DNA of 64,000 nucleotides from the human T2T-CHM13v2.0 reference genome, Homo sapiens: NCBI RefSeq assembly GCF_009914755.1, contig NC_060938.1; one strand, 5' to 3'. Shown piece by piece: positions 51,504 to 64,000 of this stretch (position 1 is its first letter; each line of letters starts with the position of its first letter). The notes under the pieces were generated by a model. It saw only the letters and a program-made list of their open reading frames with translations, ran no database searches and was not told where the DNA came from. The position numbers and the translations under genes were made by a program.

Positions 51504-51948
51504 GCTCCTGTATCAGCACTCCTCATCATCACTCATCTGCCAAGCTCCTCAATCATAGCCAAGATCCCATCCCTCCATGTACTCTGGGTGTCAGCATCTG
51601 TCCTCTTCAGTCTCTATACCCCTTCCACTTGCCTGAGCTGAAGTGCCTTGTGAAGCCTGCAATAAACTGCTTTGCAAATTCATCTGGAAGTGTCTGTGTG
51701 TCTTCGTCGGCCACTCTGCTGTCATTGAGTGACAATCTACTCTAGATATTTTTCCTTCCTCCAACCCGAGACTTGTGGGAAATGGAGAGATTTGAGGATA
51801 AGAGACTCTTTCTGTCATGAAGCAGCACAGACTTATCCCTCTCCCTGCTTTAGGCTGAGAAGCCGAGGTCTCAACTGATACCTACCAACTGTTGAAGACT
51901 CTTCCCTTGACCAAATTTAGTCATCTCCCCTGGCCTCTTCACAAGTAG

Positions 51949-52330
<382 letters not shown>

Positions 52331-53346
52331 AGGGTCAGGTTTAACAGAAGTCTTCCTAACCTGGTTTATCATTAATATTCACCCTCAATATCTGACCAAA
52401 TTCCTTAATTCCCCCATCATCCTCCTTGTGATACCTGATTCCTGGCCTGCCTTCAAAAAAAAAGAAAATCCAGTTGAGTCGACTTAGCATTGGTCTCCCT
52501 AGCCTCGATGGTTCTTCTAGGTAATTTTGCATCCAGTGACCCCTCCCCCCACACCAACTTATAACTTCAGTATACCTCTCCACTTGTTTTAGCTGTATTC
52601 CAGAATTTTGCTCAATTTGGTGCTGAGGTCCCATTTGACACTTTATGGTCTAAGTCTGGTTTTTATTGACATGATTTCTATCCTAAGAGATATAGAGGCT
52701 GCAGGGAATAAGGTGAAAATGTACATGTTTGATTATGATTTATGAATGATAAATTTTGATAGAATTGAACATTGAGATAGAAAACACACAAAAAAAGAAA
52801 GTAGAAAAAGCCAAGAATGCTATAAATATGGTGAAACCAAGATAAAAAGTTTAGCCTCAGACCTATTTCCTTTAAATGGGCACATCAAATCTCCAGCTAT
52901 TAGCAATCGTACTAGAGGTGGATCCACGGTTTGAGTCAAATATGGAATGAGATAAATTGTTCAGACAGCAATATGGACAGATTGTAATAAATATTGCCTG
53001 AAGGAGAGGTGCGCATCATTCCCAAAACTTCCATGTCCTGGAGATAGGGAGTAGCTGGTCACCTGGGAAGGGGAAGGGGAACGAGGGAGACTGGGGAGTG
53101 GGATCACTCATGAAGGTGAATTGGCTCCTGCCCGTTCTGCCCTCCACAGTTGTCCCCAAAGGTGAGTCAAAGGGTTCATTCAACACCTGTCAGGTAGGGC
53201 ACAGCCTCAAGAATTAGGGATTTGTAGACCCAGAGAGAGAAGAAATGGATAATGAGAGCCCTTGCCCTGGACTCCATTACAGGGCTTCACTCAGGAATCC
53301 ATGAGAAACAGGAAGGGGAAGCCCTTTCTTGCAAGCTGTGGACAGG

Positions 53347-53805
53347 TGCAGCATTCAAGTGATTGTGCCGGGGACAGAGTGGGTCTTTTTGAATGGCCTG
53401 ACTCTTGGCCATACAACAGAGATACAATGCCATCAGATCTGCACCTTGGTCCTTCAGTCTGAGAGTTCTGACTTCTATATTTCTGCTCCTCTTCCAGACC
53501 CTCAGAAATAGCAATTTCCATTCCTCAGATGACTCCATGTCAGTAATAGTAGCTCTCATTGGCATCAGACAGCAGCAGTATTGAAGTCTCTCCTCTGGAG
53601 AAGCTATTGAGATCTTGCTTCTCCAAGGGTGTGGCAGGGCTGTGAACTTTAAAGTTTGCACAGGGACACAGATTTCACGAAATCCTGGTGCTCAATAGAA
53701 TCCACTGACTCTAGGTAAAATAGGGCATATTAGGAAGTGAGTGCAGTCTTCCCACAACCTCCAAGTAGCAGAAGGAGAAGGTGGGACTCTGAAAGCTGGA
53801 GCCAC
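53347..53805 (-). pseudogene. Heavily decayed RNase A-family pseudogene, copy 2
   Basis: Paralogue of 24820-25268 with the same cttcacag|GAAACGTG start and AAT ACT GCT GCT GTC TGA. Confidence 0.72.
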
Positions 53806-56147
53806 GTTTCCTGTGAAGAGAGATGGAATGGACCTTCCTCACTTCAGGTACCAGATCACAGGTGTCTTCTCAGTCAGGGATGCCCCGTCTCTAAAACCAT
53901 AGGATAGAGGGATCAGTCCCCACCTGCCCCCATGCCCTCTCCACCTTGTGACTTCATCTCCTCTCCTGTCATTCATCCTTCACTCATTCATTCATCCAGC
54001 AGACATCTACTGAGTAGATACCTTGCTCCAGGCACAGTTTGAGGGAGTGATGACGCAACGCAAACCAAGACAGGTCACTGCTCTTTTGGGGCCACATTAT
54101 ACAAGGATAAAAATAAACATACAAAATTGTTCTAAGCATACAAAATTTTGCTAAGTGTCAGGAGGAAAAATACACAGCCTAGTAAGCAGAAAACTACACA
54201 GAGCGACACAATATAGAGGTTCTGTATGTGCCTCAGAAGTGACAGAGCAAAGTGTGACCAGGAAAGACCCATTTCAGAGAATGAAATCTAAACAGGAGGA
54301 AAAGCAGCCAGTCATACAGACACCAGATGGAAAATCATCCCAGCAAAGAGAAGGAGACTTCAAAATTCCTCACAAATATCAAGGCTATAAGTAGACTTCA
54401 GTTCAGTGCTTACAATAAGTTAATTAAAACATCTGCAAGAAAATGACTACAACTATTTGCATCTTTGTATGTATTTATTCCTTAATGTAATAAAACATTT
54501 TCATTTTTAAAAAATGGTCCTGAATGAATAGAGGTTTGGCATGTTAGAAGCACAAAAGTTGTTTGGTCAGGACAAGATCATCATAGCCATGAGTATTAAT
54601 GATAGGAGTTAATGAGGTTCAGACCCTTCATGCTTGTGAAGATAGAAGAATAAAGTAAGTTCCTCATGGGGCACAAATTGAGCATGTTACATGCAAGAAT
54701 AACGTTGCCTAAAGATCTGTCCAGCCTCTGTGCAGAACACAACTATTTAGGAGACAAGAGTGGAAGCAAGGTCCCAGTGAAGGACCACAGGTTGAGGCAG
54801 AGGGAAACAAGAGTCTTCCAATCTCAGTGAATCTCACCATCATCCTCTCATGCTGCAGCCCCATGCTATTCCCCTCCCTGTTGCCATGGCCTCTCTCCAG
54901 CCCCTCCATGCCTTCCACATCATCTTCCTGCCATCCCCATGCTGATGACTGGGCTGAGGTCAGAGGCAGCTCCCCTCTCCCAGGACGTGAGACGATTCAA
55001 ACAAGACCAAGGAGGATTCTGTGCTTGACCATCAGGAAACCCTGGCTGGACTCACTGCCCCTTCTGCAGTAGACATCCAAGATTTTCTGATTGCCCTGGA
55101 CCCAAGGCCAGCACCACAGAGACTACCATTAGAGAAGTTAAGTAGTCACATCAGCATGTTCCAAAGACGTGATCCTTGGATTCCACTTCTTTTCCTTGAA
55201 CCTCCCATGTCTGATTTTATAAAATTCTCTTAATATCAAATCTTCAGGAAGTCTTGCAGGAGTAAATGCAGTTAATTGTTCTATAAGCAGGCAGGGAGGG
55301 TCTCCAGGGATTATAAGAATTTAACCAACTTGAGCAATCAGCCTGTTTTACAAGCTTGCTGGTGGGAACCAGCTCCTGGCATAACCCAGCAACTTACAGA
55401 CAAATTAGGATGAACATTCCTCATTACCATGCTAAAGTCTCCACCCAAGGAGGAGCTATAGCCTCATTACCATGACATGTGAACTATGTGCTGGCAGAAT
55501 CACTCACTGTGTATGGGCAACTGGGACTCCTCCTCTACAAGTGATGATACACCCTCTGCCCTCTCCATCACCACATAGAATGTTCTTCTCACTTTCCATC
55601 AGGAAGACACTGCTTTGGAGAATACTCCCAGTGGCCTTCTTACTTGAACCAAGTAACAAAACTTTTATTTATCAAAATGTACGTTCTCATAGAGAGTCTT
55701 TGTTACTCACCAGGGAAACAAGCCCTAGTTTTTTCAGCTACCAGCTCTAACACATTCTGTAAAGTCCAGCACAGAAGGAAGGTTAATTCACAATGCTATT
55801 GCTTTCACTTTTTAATAATTGGGAACATATCAGGGCAGATGTCTTTATGTAGGGTTAAATGGAAGGTCAAGGAGGCAAATCATCAACCTTGGGGAGACAC
55901 ACTTGCAGAGATTATGACTACACTTGGGATTCAAGAATATGAGACCCCACCAGCAGAGTAGCCTGCAATGTTCAAGGATATCCAAGTAGATCAAGTATTT
56001 TAATGAAAAAACAACAGGCTTTGTCTTTCAAGATGTCCATGAATTGACTTTCCAGAAGAGAAGGAAGAAGACCTCATTGTCAGGGCAGAAGAGAGAAGAG
56101 GAGAGGGATCTAGGCTAAATATTGTAATCGATTTTGCCTGATATTGA

Positions 56148-56360
<213 letters not shown>

Positions 56361-58941
56361 TGATCCGCCCACCTCAGCCTCCCAAAGGGCTAGTATTATA
56401 GACATGAGCCATCGCGCCCAGCCTCTTAGTTCATTTTTAGAGATGAAGTCTCCCTATGTTGCTCAGGCTGGACTTGAAGTTCTAGACTAAAGCAATGCTC
56501 TCGCCTTAGTCGTGCCAGTTGTTGAGACTATAAATACACACCACTGAGCACAGCTGATACTCACATTTTATGAGCTGTTTCCACTCCAATTACATAAGGG
56601 AGTGAGGCAATTAGTAAGGATAGGAGCATAGAAACTCTGTCTACATCTCTATTTCAAATTACCTCTGAAAAACAGCCTTGTTTTTAAACTAAAACTTGAT
56701 TTTGGTTAATAAATGTTTGTCTTAAAATGCACTTGGAATTATGACAGAGTTGTCACTTTTGTCTCAGTTCTGACCTATAGTGATTTCAAAAGAAGATCAG
56801 TAGACTACTTCAAAATTCTCATTATTCAAAGTTATTTTGGATGTAAAATTGGCTGATGTGAGATAATTTAGAATATAGGGCCAGCCAGGTTACCCAAATG
56901 AATATCTGGGAAACTGAGCACATTACATGCTTATCACACATCCCCACTGAGTTAGAAAATATGACTGTATTAGTCAGGATCATCAAGAGAAACATAAAAG
57001 ATTTAGGTAGACACAGATAGATAGAAATATAGATACAGAAGGATTTATCATGAGAAACTCGCTCACGCAATTATGGAGTCTGTGAAGTTCCATAATCTGC
57101 CCTCTGCAAGCTGGCAGACCCAGGAAAGCTGGTGGGATAATTTGGTTCGAGTCCCGATGCCCAAAAACCATGGAAGCTGATGATGTAAATGTCAACCCAA
57201 CTACAGGAAGATGACATAAGATGTCCTAGCTTAAGAAGTGAGGCAAGAAAAAGTGATGAATTCCGCCTTTCTCTACTTTTCAATCTATTCTGGCCGTCAA
57301 CAGATTGGATGAGCCCCATCCACACTGGAAATGCAACCTACTTTACTTAATCAACCAATTCAACTGCTAGTCTTACAGAAATACCCTCAGAGACACAGCC
57401 AGAAATAATGTTAATCTGGGCACCCACAGGCCCAGGCAACTTGAAATATAAAACTCAACATCATGATGACCTATGGTTTCCCAGGTGCACCAGAAGATGT
57501 TACCAAAATGGCACCATCAGCCAGAACCCACATACATTCACCAGGTCAGTGCATCTCTCAGTTCACCAGAGATTCATTTTCTTTGTGACATCACGTTCAC
57601 CTGGAGTGCAGCCAAGAATCAGGCCACAGCTAATAATGAGAAAGGAAGGATTCTTCATTTGCCTTTTTACAAATGACAGAAAAATTTGCCAAAATCCTTT
57701 GGTAATAAGTAGTTATCTCAAAGACAAAGAGACTCAAAATGAAAATGAAAAAAAGTCAGTTACCCTTCCCACTGCCCATGTTCTTCCTCCACATATAAAA
57801 ATAGGTATTAAGTTCACCCTTTCTGGTGTTAAAGATTTTAGTCTAACCCAATACCTGTGAATCTCAGTGCACAGATATTACCAGATTTTTCATTACACAG
57901 AAAATGACAGAGACATTCTCCCACTACAGTTGCTATTTTGTGGTGACAACTTTTACTTTCCCACGATTCTTTCGTTAAGTGACACACACGGGCAACTGGA
58001 AGGATTTACTGTTTTCACCCACAGCTCCCACACTTCACAGCTATGCAGGAGCTTCAGTACAGCAGATCCTAGCACCCTGGATAGTACAAGCGTGACTTCT
58101 TAACCACAATGCAATAGCAAATATATGGGGTTCAGTGTCGGTCTTTCATTCAGAATATACTGTTCAGAATTGTTTAAAATAGTAAATTTAGAAACAAATA
58201 ATATATCCTGCAGAACTGGTTAAAATAGGATTGTATATCTTTACAAGGGAATTTTATGCAGTATTTTTTAATGCAAAAAAAGTACGGTTAATCTCTTCCT
58301 ACTGGTATGGAATATTACCGAAATATATTGTTAATGAGAAAGAAGAATGGTGTAGGCCACTGTAAGAATCTACCCAGGCTGCTATAACAAAATACCACAA
58401 ATGAGTATTCCAAAACAACAGAAATTTCTTTCTCCCAGTTGAGGAAACATCAGCTCTTCTCCTCCATACTCACACTCACACTTCTGGCCACCAAATGTGG
58501 GAGGGTGCTTTCTTGCAGCAACCGATTCCAGCTGGGTATCCTAAAATTCAATTGGATTGTGACACTAACTGGAGTGAATGCAGACCCCACAGGTTAAGGG
58601 CTTGGTCCCACAAGACTGTCAGTCTCAAGTAGCAGATCATTATCTGTGCTTTTGACCAATGAACTATAGTTTGGAGGATCCCGTGACTTCCTCCTCAGTT
58701 TGATCATTTGCTAGAATGGCTCACAGAGCCCAGGGAAACACTTTACTTAGGTTTATACATCTATCATTAAGGATATACTAAAGGTACAGACAGGGAGATA
58801 ATGGGGCAAGGCTTGGAAGGGTCCTAAGTGCAGGATCTTCTATCCCTGTGGAATTGGGGTGTGCCACCCTCCCAGCACAGGGATATGTTCTTGTGTACTG
58901 TATTCATTTGTTCTCACACTGCTATAAAGAACTACCTGACG

Positions 58942-59250
58942 CTGGGTACGGTGGCTCATGCCTGTAATCCCAGCACTTCGGGAGACCAACGTGGGCAGAT
59001 CCTAAGGTCAGGAGTTTGAGCCCAGCCTTGCCAACATGGTGAAACCCTGACTCTACTAAAAATACAAAATTAGCTGGGTGTGGTGGCACAGGCCTGTAAT
59101 CCCAGTTACTTAGGAGGCTGAGGGAGGAGAATCACTTGAAGCCGGGAGGCGGAGTTTGCAGTGAGCCTATAACATGCCATTTCTCTCCAGCCTGGGCAAA
59201 AAGAGTGAAACTCCATCTCAAAATAAAACAAAACAAAACAAAACAAAAAA
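58942..59250 (+). mobile_element. AluS inside an MST/THE1-type LTR
   Basis: Alu consensus; aactacct target site duplication; paralogue of 30809-31100. Confidence 0.85.
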
Positions 59251-62200
59251 AACTACCTGAGACTGGATAATTGATGAAGAAAGAAGTTTAATTGACTCGC
59301 AGTTCTGCAGTCTGCACAGGAAGCATGGCTGAGGGGAGCTCAGGAAACTTACAATCATCGCAGAGGGTGAAGGGAAAGCAAGCACATCTTCACATAGCAG
59401 CAGGAAAGAGTGAAGGGGGAAGTGCTATACACTTTTAAATAACCGGATCTCGTAAGAACTTACTCACTATCACGAGAACAGCAAGGGGGAAATCCGCCCC
59501 CATGATCCAATTACCTCCCACCAGGTACCTCCCCCAACATTAGTAATTACAATTTGACATGAGATTTGGGTGGGGACACAGAGCCAAACCATATCATTCA
59601 CCAAATCCAGAAACTTACCAAAGTCTCTCTCTCTCCTCTTGGGGTTTATGGAGGTGTCACTACGTTGGCATGACTGATGAAATTATTCGCCACTGCTGAT
59701 CAACTCAACCTTCAATCCCCCTTCCAGGGGGTTAGCTGGGGTAGCAATGGATGTTTTAACCCTCTAATCACTTGCTCAGCTCTGCTAGCAACCAGACCCC
59801 TCCTGAGACTACACAGGTGCCACTCGTCTCATTAATGTACTTCATTAGACACTTATTCAGAAATTTTAAGAGTTTTAGGGGCTCTGAGTCAGGAAACAGG
59901 CAGGAACATTAAATATATGCTATATATTTTTTTAGAGATGGGATTTCACTCGGTCACCCAGGCCGGAGTGCAGTGGTGCCATCATAGCTCACTGTACCCC
60001 CACCTCCGGGGTTCAAGGCATCCTTCTGCCTCAGTCTTCCAAGTAGCTGGGAATATAGGCTGTAGCCACCATGCCCAGAAGTTGCATTTCTCATTATAAA
60101 TCACAATATCACAATCACAGCTCTGGACACTGGGAAGTTCAAGATGAAGGTTCTGGCAGGTTCAGTTTGCAGTGAGGTCTCCCTTCCTGGCTTGCTGACA
60201 GTTGTTCCCCCACCACTGTGTCCTCAGATAGTGGAGGAAGAAGTAAGCTCTCTGGTGTGTCTCTTGTTTTTTTGTTTGTTTGTTTTTTGTTTTTTGTTTT
60301 GTTTTGTAGAGATGGCATCTTGCTATATTGCTGTATTAGGCTGTTCTTTCATTGCTATGAAATAATTCCTGAGATTGGGTAACTTATAAAGAAAAGAAGT
60401 TTAATTGGCTCATGGTTCTGTACGATGCTCAGGAAGTATAGCCCTGGTATCAGCTTCTAGGAAGGCCTCAGGAAGCTTATAATCGTGGCAGAAGATGAAG
60501 CGGGAACAGGCACTTCACATGGGGAAAGCAAGAGCAAGAGAGAGTTGGAAGTCGTAGGGGGAGGTATCACAACTTTTAAATGACCAGTCTCAGAAGAACT
60601 CACTCATTTTCTCCAGGACAGCACCAAGGATTTGGTGCTAAACCATTCATGAGAAGTTTGCCCCTGTATTAGTTCTTTCTCACATTGTTACAAAGAAACA
60701 CCTGAAACCGGGTAATTTATAAAGAAAGGAGGTTAATCTAGCTCTCAGTTCTGCAGGCTTTACAGAAAGCATAGCAGTTCCTGCTTCTGGGGAGGCCTCA
60801 GGAAGCTTCCAATCATGGTGGAAGGCACAGGGGGAACAGGGGTCTGACATGGCAGGTGCTGGGGCAAGAGGGCAAGGGGGAATGTACCACAATTTGAACA
60901 ACCAGATCTCACGAGAACTCACTCACTATCAGGAGAACAGCACCAAGGGAATGGCGCTGATTCACGAGAAATCCAGCCCCAAGATCCAATCACTTCCCAC
61001 CAAGCCTGCCTCCAACACTGGGGATTATATTCCAATATCACATATGGATGGGGCAAATATCCAAACTGTCCCAGTTGCCCACAATGATCTTGAGCTCTTG
61101 GCCTCAAGCGATCTTCCTGCCTCAGGTGCCCAAAGTGCTGGGATAACAAGTGAGAGTCACCAACCCAGCTGGTGGTGTCTCTTTTTATAAGGATACTAAT
61201 CCTCTTGAATCAAGGCTCCACCTTTATGATGTCATTTAACATTAAGTTTATCCTTATAGGCTCTCCCTCCAAATACAGTGAGACTGGGGGTTAGGACTAC
61301 AATATATGAATTTTTAAGGGACATAATTCAGTCCACAGCAAACACTATTATTTTAGTTTTTAAATAGAGCATGTTACTGAGGGGGGACATAGAGGAATTA
61401 TACGAAGAAATCTGTATAAATGAGGAAAAGTGAGTATGCTTATATGTACTACCACATATATGCTTAGATTCAGTATATATATTATAGAAAGAGTACTAAA
61501 AAACTGAATAATTATTCTTCCTGGAATACAAACCTAGCCTCGATAAACAAAGGTAAATGAAGACATCTTTTTCACTAGATACCCTTTTTTAATAATTGAG
61601 TTTACATTTTCACCATATGAATGTATATGCATTCTACATATGCATATGCACTTATGTGCATATATCTATATTCGTAAAGATGCATATATTTGTTAACCAC
61701 AGACTCCCTACTATTACAACATTCAAACAAAGGAGAAGCAATCAAGTAAAACTAAAAGAACCATAATAAGGCAGCACTGGATGACCTGGAAGGCTGAGGG
61801 TCCCTGAGCCCAACACCCATCACCCTACAGCTGGGAATCAGACAGTGATGGAGCTATCCCTCACTCCATCTCCTGCTCTCTTCCTTCTCCAGTCCAGCCA
61901 CCTGGTCACAGAGTGAGGCTCTAAACTGGCCCGTATTACATGTGTCTGTCCCTCCCCTTCTCACCTCGGAGGAAGAGTGTGACTATCCCAAGTCAGCAGG
62001 TAGAGTAAGACAGAGCGTGAGACCTGCTAGCTGAGGAGCTCTAAGAACCTTGTGCTTTGAAAGCCGATCTGCTTTGTGGTATTGAAATCCTCTGAGTCCA
62101 TTACCTCTTTATTACAGGAAAGGTGTGTGAAAGACCCAGGACGTGTCACTACAGGACAAAAGATCTGGATGTTCAACCACAATCAAAGCTCTTGAGATCC

Positions 62201-62484
62201 AGCAATTTCCTTGAACAATTTTTCTACCACACACACTTCTCAAAATATAGTGCATACCCATATTTAGGATTGTGGTAGAGGGCCATTACATGATCTTGAC
62301 TGTATCAATAAAAGTCTCAGGGCAAATCTCTGGGGGATTCAGTGCAGATGGCCTGCCAGTTGGATGTGGAATCTGAGCAAATTATCCTTATATTCTGCTA
62401 CTCATCTCCAAATAACAGGCTTGCATCAAACGGCCATCTATCTCAGACACTTTGCAATCTATGAGTCTGCAATAAAGAATGAAT

Positions 62485-62535
<51 letters not shown>

Positions 62536-64000
62536 AAAGAGGCATATATGTGGTTCACTTGGTTTATGTATGTGAGTTACTTGATTGCTTATATGGGAAT
62601 ATTCTGAATACTTGATTAATTGAATAAACGAAATATAATTACATCATGTACAAAACTTTACATAGTTTCATCTGCTTGATCATTATTCCTGTAAGACTCC
62701 ATAGTAATATCTAATTGTATTTTTAGTGAGGAAGCTATTTTGGCCTGACCTTCAAAACTGTCTTTGCATTTGGTAGGACAAAAGACTAGCAAAAAAAAGC
62801 CCGAGGGGTTATTTTAAGTATTCTTATGAATTAGTGTTCCTCAGACTGTCTGGGTTAGCTGACTTGTGAAAAAACTAAAGGGACAGGATACTCAGTAAGT
62901 ATGAATGTAACAGTTCACTCCTCAGTATTTCTGGAACAGGAAGGATTTTTCCTCATGCCCCCAACTGCCTCTAGCCAAACAGAAAAGCAAGAGGACAAAA
63001 TTCTTTAAATCTTAAAAGGAAGCTATGGGTAAGCAGTGACATATAGAAACTAGCACATAGGTCATCAATTTTGTATCACTGGGATACTCATAATCAATCC
63101 CTAATGACTAATGACCAATTTTCGATAATAATAAACTATATAATCAAATATTATACACAAATTCATTGATAGTGTTTTCTGCCAGCCTGTAAGTGCCACA
63201 CCTGAAAAAACTTCAAACTTTAGTGTAGTTTCCATTTGGATCACCTGGGGGAAGTTTTGCACTATGGATCCGTGGGCTCCATTCCGGATATACTCATACA
63301 GAACGTCTGCACATGGAGCTCAGGATTCTGCATTTTCAAGCATTTCCTCAAGTGGTTCTGAAACAACCTGTCTCCAGCCCAACTTTGAGATCCATTTTTT
63401 ACCAAACTCTGGCTTCAGAAGCCTTCATGTACATCGGAAGTAATCTCAGTGTGGGGAAATTCCAAAGCACAGGAAGCGATGATACCATTTGCATTATTAC
63501 CCAGATGATTCTAGCTACATACACCTATTATCCAGCATTTATGTCTTGATATGAGGCTTCTATTCAGTTGACCCTATTGATATCCAAGTGTACACAACTG
63601 ACCTGTCAGGCTATAGCAACACTTCACTTATATGTAGGGAGAATTTGTGCAGGGCTTAGCTGAAGCTCATCATGGGGTATGAATTGACTTGGTCTTATTG
63701 CTATAACCCTTGGGTTCAGAAGACACTGAACAAATGCTTAAGAAACTGTTTTAGGTTAATGAATGGGGATATATTTAACTCCTCAGATAGCCAAAGAATC
63801 AAGAAGAAGGGATTGAGCTGGATGGCCCAATAGAAGTGTCCATTGATTGCACCCCCACACATACCAGCAGAAACACCACATTTAACAACAACTATCTACA
63901 CACAAAAAAGCACCTACATAGGAAATGAAAATCAAGTCAACAATCATAGTACCTATTTTAACTTCATATCACTGAAAGAGGCACTGAAGAGGTTAGGAAA

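Overview
Human (catarrhine primate) genomic DNA from the RNase A superfamily cluster at 14q11.2. The only intact gene is RNASE3 (eosinophil cationic protein, + strand, CDS 23107-23589, Arg124 allele). Its EDN-like pseudogene paralogue ECRP/RNASE2CP lies at 51023-51503. Both sit in a direct tandem segmental duplication (unit A ~4897-37200, unit B 37201 to >64000) with unit-specific insertions (near full-length L1PA3/4, AluY, an L1 3' stub), deletions and near-identical patches. Reading the minus strand by hand shows more RNase A-family relics that the ORF track hides: (i) a nearly intact, divergent 142-codon RNase pseudogene at 5839-6267 with all eight canonical Cys, (ii) a heavily decayed RNase6/7/2/3-like pseudogene duplicated at ~24820-25268 and ~53347-53805, and (iii) a duplicated signal-peptide remnant at ~14215-14290 and ~38015-38090. 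Relics (i) and (ii) share the 'cag|GAAAC-start' acceptor context of RNASE3. The rest is mostly Alu, L1, LTR and L2 repeats. Repeat boundaries and subfamily names are by eye and approximate.
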